DNA of 64,000 bases from positions 1 through 64,000 of the forward strand of contig JBCBZJ010000012.1 of the NCBI GenBank assembly GCA_039815375.1. The letters are read 5' to 3'. A program made the translations under genes and the position numbers. This document shows positions 53,791 through 64,000 of this stretch, piece by piece. The notes beneath the pieces were generated by a model. The model searched no databases. It had not been told where the DNA came from and was given only the letters and a program-made list of their open reading frames with translations. Each line of letters starts with the position of its first letter. Within the stretch, counting starts at the first letter, position 1. The stretch comes from Verrucomicrobiota bacterium. Its GTDB lineage: Bacteria > Verrucomicrobiota > Verrucomicrobiia > Opitutales > Coraliomargaritaceae.

Positions 53791-54885
53791 ATGAGGTCAA
53801 TGAAGATTGCCCGCTTCGACTATGAACTGCCGCCCGAACGGATCGCGCAGGAGCCCGCCCCTCAGCGAGATGCGTCCCGCCTCATGGTCATTAACCGATC
53901 CACTCGCGAAGTCACACATTCAAAATTCGCCGACATCAATAAGTTCCTGCCTGCGAACGCTCGCTTCTTCCGCAACAACGCTGCGGTGCTGAAGGCCCGT
54001 ATCTTCGGACAGCGGACAACCGGAGGGAAAGTCGAATGCCTGCTGCTTCACCCAGCTGAGGACGCAACGACCTGGTGGTGCCTGCTCAAGCCCGGCAAGA
54101 AAACACTGGGTGTTGGCCGCTTCAGTATGGAAGGTGAATATCAGGCCGAGGTCCTGGAAGCCGGTAACAATGGAAACTACAAAGTTCGTTTCCACACCGA
54201 ACGCGGAGAATCGGTCACTCAACTCTCCGAGCGCCTGGGTATCCTGCCACTGCCACCCTACATTGAGCGAGAGACGCAAGACCCAAGACATGCGACAGAC
54301 AACGAACGCTACCAGACCGTCTACGCGAACTTTGACAAACAAGTCGCTGTCGCTGCCCCAACTGCAGGCCTGCACTTCACACCAGAGCTTATCGCATCCC
54401 TCAAAAATGCGGGAGCCCACTTCCACGACTTAACTCTACAAGTCGGCATCGGCACCTTCCACCCTGTTCAGGTCACAAACGTAGAGGACCACAACATTCA
54501 CCACGAGTGGTATGAGATTCCGGCCAAGGCCCTGGCCGAGCTCCAATCCAAGGGCACCGGCCCGCGTGTTGCTATCGGCACCACCTCCGTACGCTCCATT
54601 GAGGATGCTCTGCGGCGTATTTCCCGCGATTCCGAATGCCTTACGCCGGACGGCTCGATCCAAGCCGAAGCCGACATCTACATTTACCCGCCTTACGAAT
54701 TCATGGGCGTCGACCACATGATCACCAATTTCCACCTGCCGAAGTCCACTCTACTCTGCCTCGTCTCCGCGTTTCTTGACCCGGGCCGCGAAGACGGTAT
54801 CGAATGGTTAAAGGAACTTTACGCGGAGGCCATTGCCAAACAGTATCGCTTCTACAGTTACGGGGATGCCATGCTAATACTCTAA
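53791..54885 (+). CDS. queA: S-adenosylmethionine:tRNA ribosyltransferase-isomerase
   Basis: [40 protein letters not shown]. Confidence 0.96.
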   Translation: MRSMKIARFDYELPPERIAQEPAPQRDASRLMVINRSTREVTHSKFADINKFLPANARFFRNNAAVLKARIFGQRTTGGKVECLLLHPAEDATTWWCLLKPGKKTLGVGRFSMEGEYQAEVLEAGNNGNYKVRFHTERGESVTQLSERLGILPLPPYIERETQDPRHATDNERYQTVYANFDKQVAVAAPTAGLHFTPELIASLKNAGAHFHDLTLQVGIGTFHPVQVTNVEDHNIHHEWYEIPAKALAELQSKGTGPRVAIGTTSVRSIEDALRRISRDSECLTPDGSIQAEADIYIYPPYEFMGVDHMITNFHLPKSTLLCLVSAFLDPGREDGIEWLKELYAEAIAKQYRFYSYGDAMLIL

Positions 54886-54930
54886 TTTTATACAAATTTT
54901 CCCGGAATATATCCTGCACCCGCTTCTCAC

Positions 54931-55452
54931 ATGACCGATACATCTAATCTTTCATTCGACGAAATAGTGAGTGCCTTCTACCAGCCGCTCTATCGTTTCG
55001 GCTATAGTTTGGCCAAAAACGAGCATGAGGCGGGCGACCTCGCCCAACAGACTTTCTTCATCTACGCAGAGAAAGGCAGTTCGTTGCGCGACAAGTCCAA
55101 AGTCAAATCCTGGCTCTTTACCACGCTTTACCGAGAGTTCCTTCGCCGTAAACGCAAGAATGACCGTATGGATAACTACGAGCCTGAAATGCTCGAAGCA
55201 GCCGGTGGCACAGTCGAGCCACATATTCGCCGCTCGATGGACGCTAACCTTGCCGTCGAAGCCCTCGAAGAAGTCGATGAAGTTTACCGCGAGCCACTCA
55301 GCCTTTTCTATCTCAAGGACCTCTCCTACAAGGAAATTGCTGAAGTGCTCGACGTGCCCATCGGCACGATCATGTCGCGACTCTCGCGCGGCAAAGCCCA
55401 ACTCCGGGATATTTTTAAACGCAAAGAGGCTGAAACAGCCGATACAAATTAA
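54931..55452 (+). CDS. ECF RNA polymerase sigma factor
   Basis: DLAQQTF, SWLFT, LSYKEIAEVLDVPIGTIMSRLSR. Confidence 0.92.
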   Translation: MTDTSNLSFDEIVSAFYQPLYRFGYSLAKNEHEAGDLAQQTFFIYAEKGSSLRDKSKVKSWLFTTLYREFLRRKRKNDRMDNYEPEMLEAAGGTVEPHIRRSMDANLAVEALEEVDEVYREPLSLFYLKDLSYKEIAEVLDVPIGTIMSRLSRGKAQLRDIFKRKEAETADTN

Positions 55453-55461
55453 TACGACAAT

Positions 55462-56301
55462 ATGGAACGCGACGAAGCAAAAGCCATTCTCGAGCTCTGC
55501 CGCCCAGGCAATGCCGAAGACCTTAAGGACCCAATGATCGCCGAGGCCATCGAGCTGATGGAAAGTGACACTGAGCTCAAGGCCTGGTTCAACGAACAAC
55601 AATTGATCGATGACCGCATCGGCGATTGTTATTGCGAGCTGGAACCACCCGCCGAACTCAAAACCAGCATCCTCGTGGGGATGCGCGCTCATGCGCAGAA
55701 TACAGAGGAGGCAGTCAAGGAATTGGAAGAGCCTGTTCCTTTTACGACTCCCTCCGGCAGCACATCCCAATCCTGGTGGCGCAACCCCTGGATAGGAGTT
55801 GCAGCAGTATTTGCGCTGCTCTTTTTTATCACAGCCGTGCCACGTGGAGGCCAAGACACCCAGCTTGCAAATATCGACACAGCGGCACTTCAAGCAGACG
55901 TGCCGGCCATGATTCAGTTTCTCGCCGGGGAAATCGATGCGGTGACAAGTCGCAAGCGCAGCTTTGCGAAAAAATCCAGCCAACCAGCCGCACTTCAGGC
56001 TTACCTGGCGAGTGCCGGTTCACCCAGCCCGGCGACCCTACCCGCCCCTGTCGAGGATTCGCGCTCACTCGGTTGCTTCACCCTTGATTTCGATGGCGTT
56101 AAAATGAGTATGATCTGCTTCAAAGAAGGTAAACTCGTTCACCTGACAACTGTTTGCATCACCGATTGTGGAGATCTGTTCTCCGAAGAACCTGCTATCT
56201 ACGAAATACGCGATCAGGCTTTCAAAGCTTGGGTCGAGGGCGATCAAGTGCAGATTATTTCCGTGAAAGGCAGTAAGGAAGAGCTCTCTAAATTTATTTA
56301 G
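55462..56301 (+). CDS. Probable transmembrane anti-sigma factor
   Basis: Directly after the ECF sigma gene; central single TM. Confidence 0.65.
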   Translation: MERDEAKAILELCRPGNAEDLKDPMIAEAIELMESDTELKAWFNEQQLIDDRIGDCYCELEPPAELKTSILVGMRAHAQNTEEAVKELEEPVPFTTPSGSTSQSWWRNPWIGVAAVFALLFFITAVPRGGQDTQLANIDTAALQADVPAMIQFLAGEIDAVTSRKRSFAKKSSQPAALQAYLASAGSPSPATLPAPVEDSRSLGCFTLDFDGVKMSMICFKEGKLVHLTTVCITDCGDLFSEEPAIYEIRDQAFKAWVEGDQVQIISVKGSKEELSKFI

Positions 56302-56332
56302 TCTATCCACGCTCAAACTACTAACCAAAGAT

Positions 56333-56914
56333 ATGAAACGCACACTTCTCTCTACTGCAGCGATTTTCGTTGCATCCACGGTATTCAACCTCAGCGCACA
56401 AGCAGATGTTGAAACGTATGCCATCGATGGTGGCCATTCTTCTGTAAAGTTCAGCATCCGCCACTTCGTGGCAAAAACCACGGGCAACTTCTCAGACTTC
56501 GAAGGCACCATGAAGATTGATCGTGACGATCTCACGAACAGTTCTGTTGAAGCCACCATCAAGATTCCCTCTGTCGACACTGACAGCAAGAAACGCGATG
56601 CCCACCTTCAGGAAAATGATTACTTCGATAGTGCCTCTTTCCCGGTTATGAGCTTCAAATCGACGAAATGGGCTAAAGGAGGCAGCGATAGCGAATTCAA
56701 AGTTACCGGCGATCTGACTCTCCGCGGCATCACTAAAGAAGTCGTGCTCGACGTTGAGCTCCTCGGCTTTGGTGAAGGCATGCGCGGCGCATATCTCTCA
56801 GGCTGGGAGGCCACCACAGTGATTGATCGTACTGACTTTGGCGTGAACGGCGGCCAACCGGCAGTCGGCACCGAAGTTGATGTAACGATCAACATCGAAG
56901 CGATGCGCCAGTAA
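56333..56914 (+). CDS. YceI-family periplasmic protein
   Basis: [28 protein letters not shown]. Confidence 0.92.
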   Translation: MKRTLLSTAAIFVASTVFNLSAQADVETYAIDGGHSSVKFSIRHFVAKTTGNFSDFEGTMKIDRDDLTNSSVEATIKIPSVDTDSKKRDAHLQENDYFDSASFPVMSFKSTKWAKGGSDSEFKVTGDLTLRGITKEVVLDVELLGFGEGMRGAYLSGWEATTVIDRTDFGVNGGQPAVGTEVDVTINIEAMRQ

Positions 56915-56930
56915 TTCTTTTACCATCTCC

Positions 56931-56965
56931 AAAAAGCGGACACTCTTTCGACTGTCCGTTTTTTT
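56931..56965. terminator. Bidirectional intrinsic terminator
   Basis: AAAAAGCGGACA...TGTCCGTTTTTTT between convergent genes. Confidence 0.75.
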
Positions 56966-56969
56966 GTGT

Positions 56970-57623
56970 CTATTCCGATCCGAATTCGGCGTGCCTTGGC
57001 CCGATCAAAAGCCCCTGTCCAGCTTCCGTAAACATCCTTTGGTTATTCGTTCGTGACACACCATGAGCCGCATCCAAGGAGCTGTTTATCACTTGCGAAA
57101 TTGCTGCAGCAAGGAGCATTTCAGCAATTCCACCGCTGCCTGCACTGGAACTTTGGACTGTCGTTACACGCCGGGACCAAAGCTCAATACCAGTATCAAC
57201 ATCGACCAAAGATGCCTGAGCAGACACGGTGGTCGAACTGTCTACGATCTGATACTTGGACCCGTAATTCTCCACGACGATGTAAAGCACCGCATCGGCT
57301 CCAATAACCTCTTCAATCTTATCCAGAGATATTTGGTGCATCTCCCCGGGGGTCGGCATGCCATTCTCTTTTAGAAAAGCATCTGTAACTGCAACTGGAT
57401 ACACATAGTATCCCTGCTCTGCCAGCGGCTGAGTCACAGTTGAAAGATAGCTATACGAGGCATTCTCTTCGATACTGTTGTTTAATGGAGGCAAAACCAA
57501 AATCGACTTTGGTTGATGCTGCCTGAATTGCGTGTAGTCTTTTGGTAGAGGGGTCGTCACACAGCCGGTAAAAGCAATTGCAGAAAGGCCTAGTAGAAAG
57601 ACCGAAAGAATCGAATGCTTCAT
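56970..57623 (-). CDS. DUF799 (GNA1162-like) lipoprotein
   Basis: Lipobox FTGC; PKSILVLPPLN, PLAEQGYYVYPV, GADAVLY. Confidence 0.85.
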   Translation of the reverse strand: MKHSILSVFLLGLSAIAFTGCVTTPLPKDYTQFRQHQPKSILVLPPLNNSIEENASYSYLSTVTQPLAEQGYYVYPVAVTDAFLKENGMPTPGEMHQISLDKIEEVIGADAVLYIVVENYGSKYQIVDSSTTVSAQASLVDVDTGIELWSRRVTTVQSSSAGSGGIAEMLLAAAISQVINSSLDAAHGVSRTNNQRMFTEAGQGLLIGPRHAEFGSE

Positions 57624-57624
57624 C

Positions 57625-57975
57625 TTATTTTGCAGAGATCTGATTTATGAAACGGTCCATCATCTTTGTGGACTCGGGAAAAGCAGTCTTTTCAGCCAAA
57701 AAAGCTCCATAGGCCTCGTCGAAACGGCCGAGTTGGTAATACAGAAAACCCATATGTGCGCGCATCCCCGGAGGAAGTGGTTTATCGAGAGAAGCAGCTT
57801 CCTCCAGGTCAGCCTCCAGAACCTCCAGCTGCGAAAGGGCATTAGCCTGATCGGGGGCAGCATACATTCGATAAAGCTGTTCCTCGTAGTCACCCCAGTG
57901 ATACGCAGTCGTCTGGACACAGCCGCAAAATAAAAACGGAGCCAACAGGCAGAAGATGGAAGAGTTCAGTCTCAT
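57625..57975 (-). CDS. DUF4810 lipoprotein
   Basis: YHWGDYE, PPGMRAHMG, EKTAFPES. Confidence 0.85.
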   Translation of the reverse strand: MRLNSSIFCLLAPFLFCGCVQTTAYHWGDYEEQLYRMYAAPDQANALSQLEVLEADLEEAASLDKPLPPGMRAHMGFLYYQLGRFDEAYGAFLAEKTAFPESTKMMDRFINQISAK

Positions 57976-57982
57976 ATTGAAT

Positions 57983-58648
57983 CTACTTTAAATTTCCTGA
58001 CTCGGCACCCTCTACCATTCGGTTGACGGCTTCCCGAATCGCAAGATCCAGAACTTTTCCATTCAAAGTCGAGTCGTAGCCGGAACGCCCACCAAAGCCA
58101 ACCACTTCACGGCTACTGAGCGTATACTCACCGGCACCCTGGACAGAATAGACAACATCCGACGTGACAACATCCACTGCGCTCAGGGATACCTTGGCGT
58201 AGGCAACCTGTTCTTTGCTGCTTCCAAGGATTCCATAAAGTTGCTGATCCCCAACTACCTTGCGGCCAAACTCGGTTACCTGACCGGTAAGGATTAACTG
58301 AGCTCCTTTGATTTCTTGCGTGCCACCTTCGAATTTCACCTCCCGGGCGATTTCTTCCATATTAGCACGGTCTAGAACGCTGAATCTACCAGATTGTTGA
58401 AGGTGGGTTATCAGAATTGTTTTCGCCTGACCTCCCAGGCGATCCACGCCATCAGAGAAAAGCCCCTGCATGTAAGTGCTTCGATTATCAAATTTTCCAA
58501 CCGCAACCTTCTTTTTCGGGCCGCTGTAAACCGTGCCCATCGCGTCGACCGTCTTCGGTTGCACCACTTGAGAAGTCTCTGTTGCAGAACAACCCCAAAA
58601 GAGAGCAGCAACCAAAGAAATGAGAAAACACTCTATTAACTTTTTCAT
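57983..58648 (-). CDS. CsgG/HfaB-family lipoprotein
   Basis: AVGKFDNRS, GRFSVLDR, VTEFGRK, YDSTLNGKVLDLAI. Confidence 0.85.
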   Translation of the reverse strand: MKKLIECFLISLVAALFWGCSATETSQVVQPKTVDAMGTVYSGPKKKVAVGKFDNRSTYMQGLFSDGVDRLGGQAKTILITHLQQSGRFSVLDRANMEEIAREVKFEGGTQEIKGAQLILTGQVTEFGRKVVGDQQLYGILGSSKEQVAYAKVSLSAVDVVTSDVVYSVQGAGEYTLSSREVVGFGGRSGYDSTLNGKVLDLAIREAVNRMVEGAESGNLK

Positions 58649-58752
58649 ATTTTTGCCACTTTGAAGCACACCGAATTTACTTATGTCAACGACCGTTCGA
58701 GTAATGTAGATTCACTAAGCCTGAATCATACCAATTCTTCCATTTAGAAGAA

Positions 58753-59025
58753 TCACTTCAACCATGCGATAGTCGCGCCCCAGCTACCTTCGGTCTGGTC
58801 TGCAAGCTGAAAACGCTCGACCCGGTCGTCCTTTCTCAGGATCGCATGCACCGTCTCGCGAAGTGTGCCGATGCCCTTGCCGTGAATGATACGGACTCGC
58901 TTGATGCCTTTCTCCAAACAGAGCCCGATGTAGTCCGGAACGAGCTCGCCCACCTCCGATGGCCGGAAAGTGTGCAGATCCAGTTCTCCGTTGATTTCAA
59001 ATTCTATGGGCTCGGGATCGTCCAT
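58753..59025 (-). CDS. Smr domain protein
   Basis: LDLH, IIHGKGIG, GSWGAT. Confidence 0.9.
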   Translation of the reverse strand: MDDPEPIEFEINGELDLHTFRPSEVGELVPDYIGLCLEKGIKRVRIIHGKGIGTLRETVHAILRKDDRVERFQLADQTEGSWGATIAWLK

Positions 59026-60278
59026 TACTCCTCCTCTTTGGGTAGGCTCGGTTGTTTCTCAATCGCTCCGATGTCGGGGAGCTCTTTGGTCGAAACGCTC
59101 TCCTTTGCTTCGAGTTTGCGAGCTGTGCTGAGGAGACGGGACTCGACCGAACTGACCGCCTTGTTGTAGTGCCCAACAGTCTGATCAAGGCTTTTGCCGA
59201 GCTTCGCAAAATGGGCAGAGACGACGCCGATGCGGTCGTAGAGCTCGCTTCCAAGCTCTGCAATTTCCTTGGCCTCGCGGGCAATCGCTTCCTGCTGCCA
59301 GCCGTAGGCGACGGCTTTGAGTAAGGCGATCAAAGTAGTTGGCGTCGCCAAAATGACTTTATTCGCTACCCCGAGCTCGATCAGCTGCGGATCCTGTTCC
59401 AAGGCAGCACTGAAGATGCTTTCGTTCGGCACAAAGAGCACGACGAATTCAGGTGTGTTCTCAAATTGGCTCCAGTAGGCTTTAGTTGAAAGATCCTGAA
59501 TGTGCTTCTTCAAGTGGCGTGCATGCGCCTGCATCCGCTCGGTTTGAATCGTAGCATCCTCTGATTCCAGCGCATCCAGGTAGGCTGCAAGCGGAACTTT
59601 CGAATCAACCACAACCTTTCGTTCATTCGGTAAATGGATAAGCATGTCCGGGCGTTGGCGCCGACCTTCTTCGGTTTCAACCGAGGTCTGCTCCATGAAA
59701 TCGACGCGATCGATCATGCCTGCCATTTCAACGGTCCGACGCAACTGCATTTCCCCCCACTGGCCACGAACCTGTGGAGCCCGCAAGGCCTGTACAAGGC
59801 TACCGGTTGTTCGGCTCAGTTCGAGCTGCGCCTGGGAGAGCTGAGCCAGCTGCTGCTTTAGGCTGGCATTCACAGCAGCACGGTTTTCTTCGATCTTGTC
59901 GACGCGGTGGTTGAATTGTTCAAGCGCTTTACCAACCGGTTCGACAGTCTTATGGATCGCTTCCTGACGTTTCTCCAAATCCCCTTTCGCTCCCTCCTGA
60001 TACTTTTTCAGGTTTTCTTCGGCGAGTTTGAGGAAGGATTCGTTATTCTTGGAAAGGGCATCTGCGGAGAGCGCTTTGAAGCTATCCTCCAGATTGACAC
60101 GGGCTTCTTCCAGCAAGGCAAGCTTCTCGTCAGCAGCCTTGAGTTCGGCCTCGCGCCGGGCTTCGAGAGCAGCCAGTTGTTGTCTAGCCTGACCCAGTTG
60201 ACTGTTCAAGAGAAAATACATCACGGCTGAACCCACGAAAATGCCCAGAAACAGCCCGATAAGAATTTGCATTTCCAT
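59025..60278 (-). CDS. rmuC: DNA recombination protein RmuC
   Basis: RGQWGEMQL, RPDMLIHLP, VDSKVP, PEFVVLF, ATPTTLIALL. Confidence 0.93.
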   Translation of the reverse strand: MEMQILIGLFLGIFVGSAVMYFLLNSQLGQARQQLAALEARREAELKAADEKLALLEEARVNLEDSFKALSADALSKNNESFLKLAEENLKKYQEGAKGDLEKRQEAIHKTVEPVGKALEQFNHRVDKIEENRAAVNASLKQQLAQLSQAQLELSRTTGSLVQALRAPQVRGQWGEMQLRRTVEMAGMIDRVDFMEQTSVETEEGRRQRPDMLIHLPNERKVVVDSKVPLAAYLDALESEDATIQTERMQAHARHLKKHIQDLSTKAYWSQFENTPEFVVLFVPNESIFSAALEQDPQLIELGVANKVILATPTTLIALLKAVAYGWQQEAIAREAKEIAELGSELYDRIGVVSAHFAKLGKSLDQTVGHYNKAVSSVESRLLSTARKLEAKESVSTKELPDIGAIEKQPSLPKEEE

Positions 60279-60546
60279 GGGCTAAATTCAGATGAATTCA
60301 CTCAACCGATCAATGGTTATCCTACGCTCCCTAAAAATACATAAACCTGTATGGTGCGAACAGGAAAAGGAAAATAGAATTGCCCCTAATGAAAGTCTAT
60401 TTCATTTCATTTAATGTGTTTTCTAGAAATAGATTCGGTATAGGCTGTAGCCGTCTAACTCTATCTGTGAGGCGGAATAATTTTCTGATGTAATATGTAG
60501 TATTTGAAACGTAAATGAATCTCAACGAGTTTACGCTGCATCTCAT

Positions 60547-61005
60547 ATGAAAATAGCCCCCAAGACCTCTGCGCCTGAAACCTCGAGTAAGCTACTCGAT
60601 ATCGTCATCGAGCGCCTCAAGACAAGCGGTGGTCGCATGACGAAGAAACGGGAACGTGTGCTCGGTGCGCTTTTCACGATGGACCGGCCGGCCAGTGCCG
60701 AGGAAATTCGCAAACGTGCGGAATTCCCAGAATCGGACCTTGTCACCGTCTATCGCAATCTGGAGACCTTTGAAAAACTGGGGATGTTACAACGCGTCCC
60801 ACTAGAAAACGGCACTCACCTTTTTGAGCTTACTGCCCCAGACGAACACTACCATCACCTGATTTGCCGGGAATGCCACAAAGCGGAACGCTTGGATATT
60901 TGTGTAACCCATGAGCTAATCGATAAAGCAAAGTCACAAGGTTACTCACAGATCGCCCACGTAATGGAAGTCTACGGTATCTGTGAAGAGTGTGCGAAGC
61001 ACTAG
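60547..61005 (+). CDS. Fur-family regulator (Zur-like)
   Basis: TVYRNL, HYHHLICREC, YGICEEC. Confidence 0.9.
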   Translation: MKIAPKTSAPETSSKLLDIVIERLKTSGGRMTKKRERVLGALFTMDRPASAEEIRKRAEFPESDLVTVYRNLETFEKLGMLQRVPLENGTHLFELTAPDEHYHHLICRECHKAERLDICVTHELIDKAKSQGYSQIAHVMEVYGICEECAKH

Positions 61006-61508
61006 TTGTGTTCGTGATCGCAGCGGTTTCTGCGGCAGAGCCGAAAGTTGCGAAAGTGCGCACTGGCTAGAAACAAACCACCCAGAGTGTTGAACCAGGC
61101 ACCAGCGTGCATGGGTATGGGCTCCTCGGAAAGATCACGGGAACAGGAGGCACAAGTTTCGCAGTGAGTCATTACAGGTTCATTTATATCATGCGCGGCT
61201 GCAAGCATACGCTCTTGAACAAGGGCTATAATCAAAACGCTCAAACCGACCGCACTCAAAGCTGCAACCCACTTATCCTTGTGCTTACGGCACCCCATTA
61301 AAATGGCAAAACCTGTCGTCGGCAGGACGAGTAACAACATCCAGAGATGGAAGTCCTCGTGGACGAAAAGACTCGTTGCAATAATAGGCAAGGCAATGAT
61401 CAGAACGGGTGTCAGCAGGCAGTGCACGGCACAGACAGTCGCCATCCCGATCGCGAGGTGATCGAGCCAACTGTGAGTCCGGCAGGTGGAAACTGAAGCG
61501 TTTTGCAT
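61002..61508 (-). CDS. MerC-domain membrane protein
   Basis: LDHLAI...CAVHCLL, GCRKH, AHFRN. Confidence 0.8.
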   Translation of the reverse strand: MQNASVSTCRTHSWLDHLAIGMATVCAVHCLLTPVLIIALPIIATSLFVHEDFHLWMLLLVLPTTGFAILMGCRKHKDKWVAALSAVGLSVLIIALVQERMLAAAHDINEPVMTHCETCASCSRDLSEEPIPMHAGAWFNTLGGLFLASAHFRNFRLCRRNRCDHEHN

Positions 61509-61558
61509 AGAATAAGCGAAAACAAGTGATGAGTGATCGCACTAGTTGCAAGTCCCTT

Positions 61559-62314
61559 TCAATAAAAAACTTTGTCGAGGAAAAGTCCCTTCGCCGGAGC
61601 AGTGACGACGCGGTGCGTGCGCTCTTTCGACTCAAGGATCGTGCGGATATCATCGACACTCAATCGCCCGCGCCCGACCCAATACAAGGCCCCGGCGAAG
61701 CTCCTCACCATGCGGTAAAGAAAACCAGAACCCTCTACATCAAGCCGTAGATGACTCCCACGCTGCACGATCTGCATGCGATGAATGGTTTTAACCGGAT
61801 TCGGGTCGTTGTCCTTTCCGTGACTGGCACTGTAGGCGGTAAAGTCATGAGTTCCAGTCAGCACTTCAGCCCCCGCCTGCACCGCATCGAGATCGACTGG
61901 AAGATCCCGACAGGCCCAGACATAACGCTCGTCGATCGGGTCGGCACGTCCAAGGTAGTAGCGATAGAAATAGCGTTTTCCTTTTACCGAAAAACGAGCA
62001 TGAAATTCATCAGTGACTCTGCAAGCGGAACGGATGCGTATACTTGTTGGCAGAATTGAATGTAGTGCCCGAATCAGCTTGCCCGAATCGTGCGGCCAGT
62101 CGCCGTCAAAGTGGAAGCATTGTCCACGGGCATGCACGCCAGCATCAGTCCGCCCACTACCCTGGGTCAGCACGGGCTGATCGAAGATGCGACTGAGAGC
62201 GGCCTCCAGATAGTTCTGAACTGCATTACCAGCCGGTTGGCGCTGCCAACCGTCAAAGTCCGTGCCGTCGTAAGCGCATATACATTTCCATCTCACAGGA
62301 TGGACTCTTGCCAA
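61559..62314 (-). CDS. truA: tRNA pseudouridine(38-40) synthase
   Basis: [32 protein letters not shown]. Confidence 0.95.
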   Translation of the reverse strand: MARVHPVRWKCICAYDGTDFDGWQRQPAGNAVQNYLEAALSRIFDQPVLTQGSGRTDAGVHARGQCFHFDGDWPHDSGKLIRALHSILPTSIRIRSACRVTDEFHARFSVKGKRYFYRYYLGRADPIDERYVWACRDLPVDLDAVQAGAEVLTGTHDFTAYSASHGKDNDPNPVKTIHRMQIVQRGSHLRLDVEGSGFLYRMVRSFAGALYWVGRGRLSVDDIRTILESKERTHRVVTAPAKGLFLDKVFY

Positions 62315-62341
62315 TGCCTAGATGAATGCAAGGCTGCCTCG

Positions 62342-63094
62342 ATGCAGGAATTGGAAGTCTGGCAGTATCTCCTCATCGCGATCGGTGCCTTCTGCACAGG
62401 TCTCGGCAAAGGAGGTCTTCCGGGTGTTGGCAACATCACCGTTGTTCTCATGGCACTGGCCCTATCTGCCAAAGTTTCGGTCGGTGTCCTACTCCCCATC
62501 CTGATTGCAGCCGACGTCGTGGCAGTCATTGTTTATCGTAGGTACACCCTCTGGCCCTACATTGTGAAGCTGGCCCCTTGGACCATTGTGGGGATTCTTA
62601 TTGGTTACCTTGTTTTTAAACGAATAGACGATGCTGCAGTGCGATATCTAATCGGTATCATTCTAGTTGGAATGACCGGTGTGCATTTTACTCGCAAGTG
62701 GTTCCGCAAACGGATCGACGGCGAAGACCAATTGCCTCATCACCCTGCTTTCATTGCCTCAACCGGTATTCTGGTGGGCTTTGCGACTATGGTCGCCAAT
62801 GCTGCGGGCCCCGTTGCAGCGCTCTACTTCATTGCCTCCGGACTGCCGAAGTATGCCTTCATCGGGACGGCTGCCTGGTTCTTCTTCTTGGTCAACCTCT
62901 TTAAGATACCCTTTATGATGGAGCTAGGTATCATAAACTGGGAATCATTCAGCCTCAGCGCCAGCTTCATGCTCTATGCCGTAGTGGGTGCATTGATTGC
63001 ACCAAAGATCGTTAAATGCATCAGCCAACAACTCTTCGAAATTCTGATTTGGGTCTTTGTTGTCATAGGCGGACTGAAACTCATCCTACACTAA
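62342..63094 (+). CDS. TauE/SafE family membrane protein
   Basis: [35 protein letters not shown]. Confidence 0.85.
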   Translation: MQELEVWQYLLIAIGAFCTGLGKGGLPGVGNITVVLMALALSAKVSVGVLLPILIAADVVAVIVYRRYTLWPYIVKLAPWTIVGILIGYLVFKRIDDAAVRYLIGIILVGMTGVHFTRKWFRKRIDGEDQLPHHPAFIASTGILVGFATMVANAAGPVAALYFIASGLPKYAFIGTAAWFFFLVNLFKIPFMMELGIINWESFSLSASFMLYAVVGALIAPKIVKCISQQLFEILIWVFVVIGGLKLILH

Positions 63095-63097
63095 TTC

Positions 63098-63676
63098 ATG
63101 GCTCGAAAATCTTCACGAAAACTCTGGACTGAACATCTCAACAAAAAAGGTAATGCCAAGTCTGGCCCAGCAAAAGACGTCACTCTCGGCCAGCCCTTCA
63201 AGGGACGTGTTCTGGGCATCGACCCGAGTCTTCGAGGCAGCGGATTTGCGATCCTTGAATACGGTTCAGCTCAACAGGCTCACCTCTTAGAAACTGCAAC
63301 ATTAAAGCTTAAGCCCAACCTCTCTATGCCGGAATGCCTCGGCGCAATCGGCAATCAAGTAGATGACTTTCTCAATCAACACATGGTCGACCACGTGGCG
63401 ATCGAGCAAACTATCTATGTGCAGAATTTTCAAACCGCACAAATTCTAGGAGCCGCCCGAGGTGCTGCTATTGCTACCGCAGCAGGTCGTGGCCTGCCGA
63501 TTTTCGAATATGCCCCACTGCGCATCAAACAGGCCGTGGTCGGTCTGGGGAGAGCCAGTAAAGAGCAAGTATGCCGCACAGTTAAGAGTATCACTGGCAC
63601 AGATCTATCGAAGCGCTATGACGAATCCGACGCGGCAGCTGTTGCTTTGTGTCATGCCTTTACATGGAGAGGATAA
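63098..63676 (+). CDS. ruvC: Holliday junction resolvase
   Basis: [41 protein letters not shown]. Confidence 0.95.
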   Translation: MARKSSRKLWTEHLNKKGNAKSGPAKDVTLGQPFKGRVLGIDPSLRGSGFAILEYGSAQQAHLLETATLKLKPNLSMPECLGAIGNQVDDFLNQHMVDHVAIEQTIYVQNFQTAQILGAARGAAIATAAGRGLPIFEYAPLRIKQAVVGLGRASKEQVCRTVKSITGTDLSKRYDESDAAAVALCHAFTWRG

Positions 63677-63693
63677 GGGGTAGTTTATAAATT

Positions 63694-64000
63694 ATGAGTT
63701 CAGGTGAGTTCGAGTCGTCTTCGTTCAATCAAGCTGTCGGTGACAGCATCTTTAACAGCAGTCCTACCGACGAGGAGATCCGTCTGCAGGCACTTAATCA
63801 TACGAAAGACAAACTGCTCTCTATTGTCGGGCATGATCTCCGCACCGCAATCGGAGGAGTCCTCTCCATTTCGCACATGCTGGAAAAGCGCCTGGACGAA
63901 GGAGACACCAAAGAGGCGACACGATTGAGCGGTCTGATTCGGCGGGCATCTCGAGATGCAGACGACCTGCTCCGCGACCTCATCAATTGGACGCGTACCT
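63694..64000 (+). CDS. Sensor histidine kinase (partial, runs off right edge)
   Basis: Manual translation gives TKDKLLSIVGHDLRTAIGG (HisKA H-box); not in the ORF track. Confidence 0.75.
   Translation, partial: MSSGEFESSSFNQAVGDSIFNSSPTDEEIRLQALNHTKDKLLSIVGHDLRTAIGGVLSISHMLEKRLDEGDTKEATRLSGLIRRASRDADDLLRDLINWTRT

Noticed and set aside
57983..58648. Curli biogenesis system
   Set aside because: CsgG-DUF4810-DUF799 is a common lipoprotein trio; no csgA/B/E/F present

Overview
Bacterial chromosomal segment of moderate GC. The gene content and protein style suggest Verrucomicrobiota (Opitutales/Coraliomargarita-like); this is inference only. Most of the window is housekeeping: dgt, cstA, tmk-holB, ppc, pyc, hisI, tkt, glgP, prfB with its intact +1 frameshift, queA, an ECF sigma/anti-sigma/YceI unit, rmuC, a Fur-family regulator, truA and ruvC. 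Accessory elements read directly from the DNA are: (1) an integrase-less integron cassette array at about 41270-46680, with 10 recognisable attC sites in various states of decay, a first cassette with a GAT instead of GTT core, an ORF-less cassette and a toxin-antitoxin cassette; (2) a REP-associated tyrosine transposase (RAYT) flanked by GTAG-REPs between ppc and pyc, plus a distant REP pair; (3) a Fic gene bracketed by a 54-bp duplication of a neighbouring gene's 3' end; (4) a >=954-aa exported protein at the left edge, missed by the ORF track, with a Pol-beta-type nucleotidyltransferase-like motif and located just downstream of a peptidoglycan-binding lipoprotein gene; (5) a giant DUF1800 surface protein with an apparently circularly permuted lectin-like insert; (6) a DUF3891/RidA/queuosine-precursor transporter/amidohydrolase cluster. 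No rRNA, tRNA or CRISPR array was seen.
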